Positions 13,123 through 26,169 of a stretch of 64,000 bases of DNA are shown here, piece by piece. The position numbers and the translations under genes are program-made. Position 1 is the first letter of the stretch. The number at the start of each line of letters is the position of its first letter. Where the stretch lies: positions 49,234,862 to 49,298,861 of the forward strand of contig CM074511.1 in the NCBI GenBank assembly GCA_037379345.1, in the 5' to 3' direction. The DNA comes from Perna viridis. Taxonomy: Eukaryota. The notes under the pieces are model-generated. The model saw nothing but the letters and a program-made list of their open reading frames with translations. It had not been told where the DNA came from and did no database searches.

Positions 13123-13233
13123 AAATAGAAAGAATTATCAATGGTTTGCCCAAACTAGGAAATAGAAAGAATTATCAATGGTTTGCCCAAACTAGGTAAT
13201 AGACAGAATTATCAATGGTTTGCCCAAACTAGG
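13123..13233. repeat. Tandem repeat, 37 bp x 3
   Basis: Unit aaatagaaagaattatcaatggtttgcccaaactagg starting at 13123, 13160 and 13197. Confidence 0.95.
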
Positions 13234-14475
13234 AAAAGAAACGTCTTGTATAAGTAAACGCAGCCCTGATAAAGGGATAATCATTTGGAGTTCGTACTTA
13301 ATATTTCTCCTGGTTAAAACTAAGATAAGAAAATGTTCTTGATTGCAAAAGCTTTCAAATGGGAACAAGAATTTGACAAGGACTATAAAGACCATATTTA
13401 AGTTCTTATCCTGATATATCATGTAAATAATGTTTCATGACAATATGACGATCTTTATATATATATATATTACCTTCCGTGGGAGATCCGTAAGGGCAGT
13501 CAAGGACGTTGAAACTCCCCATTGTAGTAGACTATCTCGTAACAACGCCAACCTAAGACTCAAATAGACCATGGACTTAAAATTTACATTCCAATACTAA
13601 CAAGTGGATATCAAGATTGAAAATCAAATTGCTCTGATCTTCACCAGTTTCTCCAGAGTGTGTAATATAAAACAAACAATACTGATCGAACAAAACTGAT
13701 CACCAATCACTAATCGGTCACAAATCAAATGGTAACCGATTGAAAAGCTCTATTAGTCGAACATATACCGATGATTTTGATGACTTATAGTGATCGATAT
13801 TTACTGTTTCGTGACCGGTTGTTACCACATCGTGCAATTCATTAGTCAGGAATAATTTAAGATGTCTGAAAAATACCTCTTCTCCATTTTAATGCAGTTA
13901 AATTCAAATATTTTGTTAAACCAATCAGTAATCAATCAGATTTAGAACAGGAAATTCTGATCAAATTCAAGGATCAATCTTTTTCATGAGTTAGATCGAC
14001 AAGTGTTCGAATAACAGAGCTTACCTATCAATTACCCGGTGATCGCATCGATCGATTCGACATGTCGGGTATAAAGTCCCCGTTTTTTTAATTTTAAATC
14101 TAAATCACCTATTAGTGGTAGGTAAAGCATTTTAGCATCATCTGAAGCCAAGCCAAACTTGTCTACAGGAAATGACATCAGGATGGTGTATTTTTTTTGG
14201 CCTTCTGGCACTGCTGAGTTAAATACTGCATCACAACCATAAAACCAAGAAAGTTCACTCACTAATTAATAATTTTCATTTGACACAACATGGGATTAAT
14301 GATATTAAGTACAGTTGAATTAGACAGAGTTAATTTTTGTGAGAAAATTTTCTTCTGCAGCTGTTTCTGACTTGTGTGTTTTTATAATTAAGTGCTATTT
14401 AGGCTAAGCTACAGTATATTGCCAACACATTCCTAATGGAATGTAGAAAATTAAAGATTGTCTTCACCTTGATCA

Positions 14476-14574
14476 TTAAGGATTGTTGTTCGGACAGAGG
14501 CATGTTGCTTCTTTCTGAACCATAACATTTCGTTTGGTGTGTTTTAATGTTGATTTGAAGCCCATATCTACAAC
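14476..14574 (-). CDS. Candidate terminal coding exon of an unidentified large-intron gene
   Basis: Acceptor gttttgacag|, phase 0, VVDMGFKSTLKHTKRNVMVQKEATCLCPNNNP* followed by a second stop (TAA TGA). It is in frame with the 21250-21306 exon and sits ~400 bp inside the CpG-depletion boundary. Confidence 0.4.
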   Translation of the reverse strand, partial: VVDMGFKSTLKHTKRNVMVQKEATCLCPNNNP

Positions 14575-14900
14575 CTGTCAAAACATGTTTATTTTGGCTG
14601 AGGTTTGAACATGCACTGGTACCAGCATTTTAGGACCAGGTGATCTAGGGCAAGTAGATTTGCCCTTGGTGGTATATTGTACCAGTACATTATGTAGTTG
14701 TTTCATCAAATGATTGCTATATAAGTAAATTGATGAGTCCTTTCTTGTTATCCCTTTATGTCACGTTTAAAGGTTTTGATCTGGCTATCCCATTATGCCA
14801 AGTTTAATATTCAAACAGACAATCCCATGGTTCCTTGTTTATAAAGCAAAACCTAGCTATCCCACTGCACCGTTCAGGAGATACCCAGCGTATCCTTTAA

Positions 14901-15111
14901 GGAGGTAGACCTAGGGTAAGGGCATAACTCATGAAATCAGTGATATGTTTGTATCATATTCAATTTCACCAAAGCCTCTCAAGCTTTTATTTGAAGCAGA
15001 ATAAAATGAATCCAAGTTAATAAGATGCTTACATAAAATTGATGTTAAATGCAGAATACAAACATTTCAATAATTTTTAAGAGTTGTGTCCCTTACCCTA
15101 GGTCTACCTCC
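14901..15111. mobile_element. Intact 211-bp MITE with TTAA target-site duplication (Kolobok-like)
   Basis: Perfect 22-bp TIR ggaggtagacctagggtaaggg / cccttaccctaggtctacctcc, with TTAA at 14897-14900 and 15112-15115. The 5'-RR terminus fits Kolobok better than piggyBac (CC). Confidence 0.9.
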
Positions 15112-17288
15112 TTAAGTGCATACCAAATGATGTTTTGACAGAGGAAGAATGTTATTAGGTTGGTAACTTTGTTTCTATATTTTAATTTATCTCTGCTGTT
15201 TTAACCATGACACCAACCTCTTCTTACAATACCAGAAACTAATGAGCTTAATAGAATGAACCATAATATTTATGTATACACAATATCATCATTTCACAGT
15301 GAACGGACAGTTTCATTTTATTCTTCTAAATAATCAGATAACAAGTACCTTATATGTATTTTTTTTTATGGAAAAATACGTCTTTGTTAAATATCGCCTT
15401 CCAAACACAGAAATAAAAAAGATGACTTCTATACCGGACAGATAAATCCATGGAAAGGGAAAGTACATAGATAATAAACATAGTCCACTTGACTCTGACC
15501 ACTGTTTAAGTATTTATATAAGATTGGCCAGGATGTGGTCTATAGATATGTAATAAATAAAGGATACTAATATCTGACCGATATATATACATTGTGGGAA
15601 CATGATTTGTATTAATGATGCGGAAAGAAATACTACATCAAGCCTACATATGAAAATTACAAGATTTTCATGTAAACCTTTATTGTCCACATTTTGTACT
15701 GGATAAGCTAAAAAAAAAAGGAACAGTTTGATGTCATTAAATTTTTGTGGAATTAGTATGAAGAGGTGTCAGAAATTACACCAATATTGGTATGGTTGGA
15801 AGCCAAAAAGAACCAAAAAGAGATGTTTTTGTAATTTTATCTCAAACTCAAACTTTTTCTCTATAGTCACCTTTATTTATAAATAAATCAAATACACTGA
15901 AAATATTACTGAAGCTGGTACAATATTCTGACACAGTTTTCTAACACATTTATACATAAACCATCTACCATCTCATTCTAGTCACAGCAGCTCTCAAAGA
16001 TTTAAAATCATAAGACTCCTAAATAAAAGTCTATATAACCTGATTACAACAGTTTGTGTAAATGCAAATCAAGCCAATTTTTAGTTGAATTTAATGGAAA
16101 AAGATCTTAACCCTACATTGATGGCTTGTCACCGACTGCAGGGGATTACATACTGGTTAAATATTGACATCTATCACCAAGCTTTAATCCCACAATCATT
16201 TTTCACCGATATTTAAGTTAAGTGTACTGTTTGCAGCGATGGCGTTATTTCATTTACATTGTTGACGCAAATATACTTTTGTTGTTCAATTTATGTTTTG
16301 TCAATTATAAAATGATGACATAAAACTTTCAAATGTCAAGGTTGAATTTTAACTTTCGGATGACGTCTGCTAAGGCCTGATTTTCATCAGATACTGGCAG
16401 TAGACAACAACCTTTGAAGTACCACTGAACAGACCGCATAGAATGTACAGCACATCAGCCTATAAACATAAAAAAAGATAATCTATCAGGATATATGCCA
16501 ATAACCAACATTTTTTTCCTGTAGCACAATTATTGATCCATTTTTCATCAATCTCGATAACCGATAACTGTGGAATAGGAGAAGTAAATCTACAGATTTT
16601 TTTCTAATCTGAAGATAGGTTTAATCCCTGCCAAAAGATACAGACATGAAACTCACTCCTATCAATTGTTCAAAAATAACAGAATTTCTCTTTTACTAGG
16701 GCCAGGTCCTGCTTTCATTTTATTACACCAGATGAACACAGCTAAGGGGGAAATTAGAACAACTGTTGAGGCCAAGGTCACAGTGTTAAGTACAATTGAT
16801 CCAGAAGTCAACAGACTCAGTCAATTACTTATCTATTTCTATGTTTTTAGTATCATCTGCTTAATCATGTTGTCTATTAAGATTTTACAGAACTGGTATT
16901 TATGTTTTTGATAAAAAGGAAAAAAAAAGTTGTGAAACTGTTTGATGTATACCATATTGTTAAAAAAGCAATGAATTAAAACGTTCAACCATATTTTACA
17001 TTTCAAACAGCCAAGCCTTTAAGATACTGTAAATGTCAGTTTTGGTGGTTGATAATTTTCAAGAATTCTGTTAAGTGGAGATATTTGTGAGTATCAATTT
17101 TGGCAGTCTAAAAAAATGTGTCAAAGATTGAAATGGTTGGGTTGCTGTAAAGTCAGTTATCAGGAAGTAGAAGTGTGACAGATCTAAAATCGCATTCCAC
17201 AATATGGGTTTCCATACTCAGGTTGCCTACCAAATATATAGTGCTTGTGATTTATAGCAGCTGAGAAAAAAAAAACGTTATGAAATTG

Positions 17289-18179
17289 AAGAACCTTAGT
17301 GAGCATGCTCAAATACCCCACACGTCCCCATGTTGGATACTCAAGTAAATTTGTTTGTAAGAGAAATACATGTAGAAGGACCCAAATAAAAAAGGAATAA
17401 GAGTGTTTTTTAAGCTTTAGACTTTCATCTTCTAACTAAATTCTGTTACTCAGAATGGTAGTTTCAAACTCCAGACTGTGATTTCTTTGAGTTTTAGTTA
17501 ATCCAAAGTAAATATCATTGCAGTGGAACAAAACATACACCTAACCTGTAACTTATCATGGTGAACTTATATACAAAAAATCATATCATAATCTGCAAGT
17601 GTTTAGAAAAAAAAAGTCTGAAAAACGGTTATTTCTGTGAATTTAGTTAAGTTCAAGGCCCGTAATTTTGGTAAAAATCATCGAAGCAGAACCAACTACA
17701 AACTTGTCCTCCAACTTATCATGCTGAATTTCTGTACTAGAAATCATGTCAACATCCCCAAACATTTGAAAAAAGTCTGGAAAACTGTTATTTCTGTGAA
17801 TTTTGCTAAGTTCAAGGCCTGTAATTTCGGTAAAAATCATCAGAGCGGAATGAAACGTACACTTAACCTGTAACATATCATGGTGAACTTATATACCAAA
17901 AAATCATGTCAATATCTGTAAAGCATTTATAAAAATAGTCCGGAAAAGAAAACTGTTATTTTTGTGAATTTTGCTAAGTTCAAAGCCCATAATTTCGGTA
18001 AAAATCATCGGAGCAGAACAAAAGTTATACTGACCTGTAACTTATCATGGTGAACTTATATACCAAAAATTATGTCAATATCTGCAAGCGTTTAGAAAAA
18101 AGTGCAAAAAACTGATGATGGACTGACGGATGGGTCAAAAACATTATACCCTTTGCAACTTTGTTGCATGGGGTATAAA
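17289..18179 (+). mobile_element. Helentron-like non-autonomous element (HINE) with an internal ~160-168-bp satellite array
   Basis: About 3.5 units beginning ~17541, 17703, 17862 and 18030 (ctaacctgtaacttatcatggtgaacttatatac...), followed by a gatggactgacggatgg microsatellite remnant and a terminal hairpin ataccc-tttgcaac-ttt-gttgca-tggggtat. Confidence 0.75.
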
Positions 18180-21100
18180 TATTTTCCCTGCCTGCCCGCC
18201 CAACCAACATTCAACAATCTATAAGCTGATTTGCATGAAAGCAACCTGGCCAAAAATGATTACAGTCATATAAATGAAGTGTAAAAAGTAAATTTCCACT
18301 GTACTATTGTTTGTACTTTTCTGTCCATCACGAAAATAGAGAGAATTAGTAGACTGCAAAAATTAATAAGTTTACAGTATAAGGCACTACAGTCCTGAAA
18401 AGAACAGAGTAGAAAGTATCTTGAAACAGAATAGGGCTACATATTAAACTTACAGGTTAACAATGTATAATTGGAAGCAAGAAAAAACTTTCATGAATAA
18501 TTGTATGAAAAATGGATCAATTGTTAATTGCAAGTATAATATTTCACATTTTCCATCAACTGGGAAAATATGGAATAAGTGCACCCCAATGATAACTATG
18601 TTAGACAAATTCAGCATTATATAATGAGTCTTTGATCAAAGCTTTCTGTATTCTTACAATTTTTATTCATTACTTAATTTGATACCCAATTCCTTATGAT
18701 TAATACAGCTTTTATCAATACCATAAGATCAAGTTACATTGGCCTTAGAATATCAAAATACAAATCCAAAATGCCACCAAATGTCAAAAAACATAGCATT
18801 TTACGTCATATGCACTGCTGTTAAAAATAATAAAATAAATCAAGTTCTACACATCTGTGCAAATAGCAAGTATCCTTAAAAGTACCAACAGTACTCAATA
18901 GCCTTTCAATATGGCAACACTATTGTTTATCTCTAATATAAGTTCCTAATTAGAATGTCTTAACTACAAAAGTCTGGTGATTTCTGTAGAATTGTATGGA
19001 AACTAGGAGAAAGATTGGCAAAGCTGAGTACTTAATATTGTTATAATGTTCTAAGTTATATTCTATTTGTCTCTGAGGTGTTACTTGACAATGCTATATG
19101 TCTTCATGACTTGAGGTTACAGATATTTACCAAAATATCCATAAAAATTGTTGATCTCCTGAGCAATAAAAAACACTTCAGAGTTCATCGACTTCATAAG
19201 TAAATGGGAATTTGAATCAATCATTTTAATAGGGACAAATCTTGTCTATTCCCTGTACTGTGGCCTTTCTATTCAATGTATAGGGCCAATTTAATGCATG
19301 GATATTGATGGGGACTTTTCTTTTGTACCATGTGCTAATTTTTGTTTTCAGACTATACTCCAATTTCTGAATTATGAACTGGGACTATTTCTTTCCATGA
19401 ATGATTTGTAAGTTCAATGTTCTAACCTAACATACCAGGTGATTCCCTGGTATGACAATATTACATGTCTGGGGACTTTTCTATGTGACTTTTACTACCT
19501 AACTCTAAGCAGGTCTATATAATAAATCAAAGTTCCCATCCATCATTCAGACCTATGTACATCTACCATTCTATCGGGAGGCCAATGTTCTTTAAATTTG
19601 ATGCCAAGTAGTAAAAACTTAAGACTTTGTGAGGACTGAGACCATTGCTGGTTGAAGTCAATGATTGTAAGGCCTGTCATTGCTTTAGAATTTTGCCAAT
19701 TTAAAACATGGAATCTCAAGTTTTCTCCCCCATAAGGATCTTGATACTGTCAACTGACCAACAAGGAAGGTGTCAACCAACTCTAGCCACTAAATATTTG
19801 AATAAATCTTTAAGCAGATCTCGGTTACCAGTTTTAATGATAGGAACTTATTTAGTACCAAGGAAACAGATTCACAATATAATATCAGCAAGTAAAGAAG
19901 AAGCCTTAATCTCTGAAGAAGCCACATTAGTACAACAAACTCTATCTGACCTTGAATAAAAAACCCAATTTGTTTAACATTGATGGAATCATCATCTAAA
20001 ACATTTAAAACAAACGAAATCATTTGGCTTAGATAGAATGAGATAACACATAAACTTACAGATTAAATGGTTTTATCCTTATCCAACATAGACAATACAT
20101 TGTACCCTGCACCTGAGGTAACATGTCTTTATCCTAAAGTTTGTTGAGCTTTCTGAAATTAAGAAATATGGTTAGAAATGGTCCTTCAATACAGATTATG
20201 GTTAATGACTGGCTAAGTAAATTGTGTAAGATTTCAGGGGAGGTTTCAGGAATTCAAGATCAGGAAGGTGCCCTGACTGACTCAAGAGGGGTGAGCACAG
20301 TCACTCCTCATTTCAACCAATATTATCAGCAACAAAAAATGGGATGGGGCATGCCTGGTATGACAGTCCTAAACACTCCTTTGGATATCTGAATATAACA
20401 GAAGACTAGAACTATAGTCTAGGGTTGCATGAATGATACCATCAATACTCTAAAAGTTAATTTAAAGGCATGTAGTCTACTGAGGTGATCTTGCATAAAT
20501 ATGTCTAAAATGTTTTGTATTCATATACCATGTCTTCTGTGTCACATTATAAAAAGTAAAACACCTTCATAAGAAAATCCTTAAATGAATCAAAAATCTT
20601 TATAGACTGCCTAATAATAGAAAAAAAATGAACAACTCCCCAAAGTTAATTGATGCTTTGATGAAGTTATGAAGACAGCATTCTACCTGTGTCTATAAAA
20701 ATAATTAATAGATACATAATCCTTCCAGTCAAATGAGATATAAATATACTTAAATTGATATTTATGGCTTCTTTATTATCAAAATTACTGTAATAGCTTT
20801 AACAAAGTTGGAATGAAACATAAGTTTTATCATCTTAGTTCTGTAATGCCATAACTCCTTATCTACTACATGTAACCATGTCAGGAATATTAAAATTTTA
20901 TTGTAGCATCTTTTACCTCTATATTGCCTTTTTTTTAATTTTAACTCTATAAATTCTTGTAAAAAAACAAAGGGTTAAGTGATCTGTGTACATTTTTCAT
21001 GTAACTTATAAAACTATTAAAGATAGGTGAAGACCTTGTAATACAAATCCACCAGTCGTGTGCCAGAGCACTTGCTATTAGACTATAGGTTACACCCGAA

Positions 21101-21249
21101 GTTATGTTGGAATTCCTAGGTGGAATACTACAGAAATGACTAATTTGCAAAGTCTGATAATTGACCCAACTCTTACATAGTACTTTTATCTGGTACCACT
21201 AAAATAGCTCTTGGCTGCATGCTTCATGTGAAATCTGGCTCTGACTGAC

Positions 21250-21306
21250 CTTGACTGCTTGTTTGTAGGCTTCAGACATTTGATGCTTTCTTTCATCTTT
21301 TAATAC
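21250..21306 (-). CDS. Candidate 57-nt internal coding exon of the unidentified large-intron gene
   Basis: Strong acceptor attttgtaatttttccag|, only phase 0 is open: VLKDERKHQMSEAYKQAVK, then donor AAG|gtcagt. Read-through past the donor gives ...VSQSQISHEACSQELF* (stop at 21199-21201). Confidence 0.5.
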
Positions 21307-24300
21307 CTGGAAAAATTACAAAATCATTGTCTGCATTTAAAGGTGCTAACTTGGCATTTTAAAATTTTCTGATAAGAGTCTTCACCCACTTTTCGACTAA
21401 ACATCAAATACTCCTTTTGCAACTTATTTTTAGAGATATTTCAAAAGGATTCAAAAAGTCAGCTGTCTTAAACCAAAAAGGATGTGATTTTGCTTCAGGT
21501 GTAACTTCTGAATGAAGACATGGCAAGCATTGACTCACAATTAGCACATTTTTCATAGGAAACTGACAAAAATCATTAATTTTCTCACAGTATATTTGAT
21601 TATTTGTTTTTTCAAGTCATTTGACCATATGTTCTTTCTCAATTAGGCAAAGAACCTGTGTAAAGTGAATATGAAGCCACTGCTTATTACAATATTGCTG
21701 GGATTTAACCCAGTTAGAAAAGACAGATTTACATAGTAATTCATACAGCTGCCATTACAAGAGGTGCACTCAGATTTAAACTGACAGTCACTGACTTTAA
21801 GCAACACAGATGTTCTAGTCACATGGAGTCGCAAAGCCTGCAGCTATGAATGGTGCAATTTGTGAGAGAGCAATTTTTTTTAAAGCATGCATTATTGAGC
21901 AGAAAACAATGTTTGGAAAGGTCTTTATTTATATCACATATTCCAAACTGTTGGAATTGCCATAAATAATTTGTGGAACAACAATATCATGAATAGAATA
22001 GGAAATCCCCTTTCTAAATCAGGATACAGTCAGATTTAATTTTATTCCTGATGAAATTTATATGTACTTCCCCAATAAACTGATTATATTCTTGCTTTAC
22101 ATATACATTATGTGTTTATTTGATAGGTACCGAAGATCTTTCATTAAACTGATTAACACATGTGTAAAAGTAGATAGAGGACATGAGAGTAGGCTGTGTA
22201 GTTACCCCCATCTATGATTGAGGGAGAAATAAATGATTTGGTATAATGTCAAACCTAATAGCCCAGGAAGACCCTCATTCAAATGCCCCCCAGTAAGGAC
22301 ATTTCTACAGCCACCCCTTTGGTATGATGTACTTGATGAGCTTATTACAGAGATAAGCCACCATGACACAGGTATTTGTCATGATACTTGCAAAGTACTT
22401 ATAGTTACATGAAACACATCCAATACAAGTACATTATGGAAAAAAAATCCACATGTGGCATGTGGAGTTCCACTGAACAAAAATAAAACTGAAACCTACT
22501 AAATTCACTACCTTACTGTTAAAAAAATTCAAGTAAAAATGTTGTTCAATGCACAAAAGGAATGTTGTGTTTATTAATTTGAATATTAAACAATCACATG
22601 TAACAGGACTCTGACAACATAACATATACATACAATGTTCAGGTACATGTATAACCCAGACCATGATGCAAGGTGGTTGGCACAGAAACTGCACAGATAG
22701 CACTTTTATCTGATAATAAATCTTTGAACATCTTTAATCCAAAATCCTGATAGAAAGTTTATAGCCAGCTTTATAGCACAATCAGTTAAGTTTTATTATC
22801 CAAGGGTGTAAAATGTTTGAATTATGTTATATGGCATTAAGATGTATTTTTGGATATAAATAACTTGACCTACCATCAATTTTATCTTCAGACAGGCATT
22901 AGGTGGTCTTAAAATATTTCATTTTATGTGAAGGTATACAATCATATCATTGTGTATTCTTGTGTAGTTTAAATGACAGCCATTTAAGGACATGTTAGGT
23001 TTTTGACTGAATGCCCTTTCAGTTACCTTGACCTTTGACTTCTGACCATAAATGTGCTTTCAAAAATGTCTGTTCTTTTCATCCAATAAATAGGAAGCTC
23101 ATACATTAGCATTATCTTTGTAATTATTGAAAACTAAAAAATGTTTCCTACATTAAACAAATAACAGATCATTACAATGATCAGATATCTTAGGATGTTA
23201 GGAAATGAAAACTCTGGTAAAAATTCTCCTGGAAAATAACCACACTGATTGCCTATTATCGTGTAAAAGAAAAATTCATAATTAAAAGCCTAATTTGCAT
23301 ACTGCCAATTAAGCCATTACACCTCATAAAGATATCTTAATGGCAATCTATGATGAATATGGAATGAAATCTATGTTTTGAAGATTCTTTGAGGAAACAA
23401 AATTTACACGTACTTTACCATTATGAACTGGTATAAAGCTAGCTTTTATGATTTCTAGGATATTGGAACTTTATATTAGTCTGCAAATAGATCATAATTA
23501 AGATTGTCAGATCAAAAAGCCAACTTTTAATCTTCAAATAACAAATGACAAATGTGTAGTGGAGCGAAACCCCACAAAACTTCAGTTTCCTTTCTTGATG
23601 AATCCAAATTTGCATGATGAGCTTCAATTATATGACAAATGTTGGTTACTCATTGCCAATCGGTTTCAGTATTAACCGAGTGTGACCGTCAGAATTGACA
23701 GTCATCCTGAGTATTGAGTTGCCGTTAGCTATCCAATACACATAATTTTATCAATATTTGATGAAGGGCCTGCATTCAAATGAATCATTCTTAAAACAAC
23801 CAAATTCGTGATTTTCTCTTATCCATCTAATTATTCATAAAACTTGTCTTCTTTAGGCTAAATTCTGGAATTGAGGTATATAATTGACAAAATTTGATCT
23901 TATCCTGCTGGCAAAATGATTAAGTATAGTGCTTTATCATATATCTTAGGTTTAGACAACTTTTTAAATATTTTTTGCTTGTTTTATATTAGTACTAGAA
24001 TGAACACGTCTTCTTAACCATAACTAATTCTGATGAAGAGGACATAGTAATTATAACCTCATAAAGTCAACTTATTTCTACATTGATGTGAAGAATATGC
24101 TTTTCAACTTTGTCAGTATGTTTTGTTCTCTTCAATCATAAAAAAACCAATTAATTCATAACAATTCATAATAAGTCATAAAATATATAAAAGATTAAAG
24201 GCCAAGGGCATAAGGTTTTAGGCAGAAAATGACATAAGGTGAAGGCCATTTGCTTATGTCTTACAAAATAAATTACAATAGATATCTACTGGATAAAAAT

Positions 24301-26146
24301 TCTGATCCACTTTCAGACCCAGCATTAACTTAACAGTCACCTGACAGAAAGTGCTAATTATTTTAAATTTTGGAAATAAACACAATCCTGTGATAAGCTG
24401 AGAAACAGCATGAGACAGCCATTTATAATGATAGGAATCCTTGTTAAACAGATGCTCTTATTAATATTTCATACTTTGGATGACACATTTACTGTTTTGA
24501 AGAATTTTATCAGTTGATAATTTGAAATTGTTGAACAAATATAACTTTTTTATCAATTCTTCAGAGAATAATACATGGTTTTGACTCAAGGTTATCATTT
24601 CATAGCGGTATTAGCAAATGCCACCCAAATATATATTGAATTGGTGGATCAAATGATCCTTATAAAGCTTACAAGTATGTAACTGTAACATTACCATGAC
24701 AAAAATGGACATTTCCATTACACAGCCATATTTTAGTTCATTAAAACTTCACCACTACTTTACATAAAGCCTGTTTAATTTGCATTGTTTCCAATAACTG
24801 AAGTCATAACTTTGATGTAAATCTAATTGCTGCCTTTGACATGTAAGATATGACCCAGTTTTTTCCACAATGATGTTTTTTTCAAACTGAGTCAGCCATA
24901 CATTGTATCTTGTCAAAGTAAGGACCAGACAAGAAAACCAAACCATTATCTACAAACCCAATAATCAAATACTGAAAGGATGAAGACGACACAAGAAAAT
25001 TTAGGGGGAATAAAGAACTAACCAGAACATAAAAAGGGGGTGGGGGGTGGGTGCTTCAGCGATTTCCAGTTTCTGCTGCTATGTAATCAACTGAAACTTT
25101 TCAAACATAAACGGATGGTGGTTGCAGTGGGGGGTGGGTGGGTGTTGAATCAGTCTATGGTTATTGGTGAGAAGATGGTCATATTATTACATCTGAAGAA
25201 AGTGAGATTGAAGTAATGGAAGGTTAGTGATAGAATACTTGATACCTATAGTGCAGATTTACCATAAAGTCGATATAAAGGTAGATAGAAACATTACTAC
25301 CAGTAAATAATATATAAAACTTTCCGATCAACCATAATCATTACACATCCCATTTTGACTTAAAATTCATCTAATATTCAAAAAGTAATAATGGCTATTT
25401 CAATTACCTCACCTGAACCAAAGAACACATATATAAGAGAACATATACAATTATCATATGTAGGGGTCACATAGAAGTCAATTGTCAACATTTATATTTA
25501 AAGGATTATTTTCTATTAGTTCAATGTGAATGCCGATTGTACTAAATAGGCATCAGTAACTGGTCGTAAAAAAGTCACCGATTGTGTTCAGCTGTCGATC
25601 GCCCTAATGCGACACAGACCATTCATAAAGCTATGTGCTGACTGAGAAAATTTGGGGATAAAAGTTCATAAACCTGCTGACCTGTTTTAAAATATCAACC
25701 CATTCAAATTAAATTGATGATCAATTCTTGTGATAATAATCTAAAGAATTCTGCAATAATTGCCCCATACAGCCTATTTACAAGAATAATTGAAAGTATT
25801 TTTTATTAGTCTGCACGACATTTCTAAAGTGTTTTTTTTGTTTGTTAATGTATAACAGACAATTTTGAGTAAAAAACATTTACAATACATACAGACTGTA
25901 GAATTAAGAAAAAAACAACACACAAAATACCAATATCAATATATAATACAGCTAAGATCTGTCAGATCAATAAAATGGTAACAAATTGAACAAAATAAGA
26001 TTTCATTGGCCCATAATTAGAAGTGTATCATTCTCTAAGCTATTTAAAAATATCCTTCAACCTTGGCCACTAACATATCACACCAAAAACTTACAGGGTT
26101 TTATATTTTGAATGTGTTTGATTCTAGCCTGCTCACTAAAGTGTTA

Positions 26147-26169
26147 CAGACAGACAGACAGACAGACAG
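26147..26169. repeat. (CAGA)n microsatellite, probably a HINE tail remnant
   Basis: cagacagacagacagacagacag. Confidence 0.8.

Noticed and set aside
19515-20390. Protein-like minus-strand reading (…KDLFKYLVARVG*HLPCWSVDSIKILMGEKT*…) as a decayed gene or endogenous virus
   Set aside because: About 8 stops in 145 codons is what random AT-rich DNA gives, and there is no recognisable motif. Only a TBLASTX/HMM hit could rescue it.
14476-21306. Naming the bystander gene (CDKAL1, CMPK2)
   Set aside because: The peptide lacks the CDKAL1 membrane anchor and resembles CMPK2 only vaguely; not supportable without a search.
25036-25144. G-runs as G-quadruplex elements
   Set aside because: Short poly-G/GGGT tracts typical of MITE remnants and low-complexity DNA; no supporting context.
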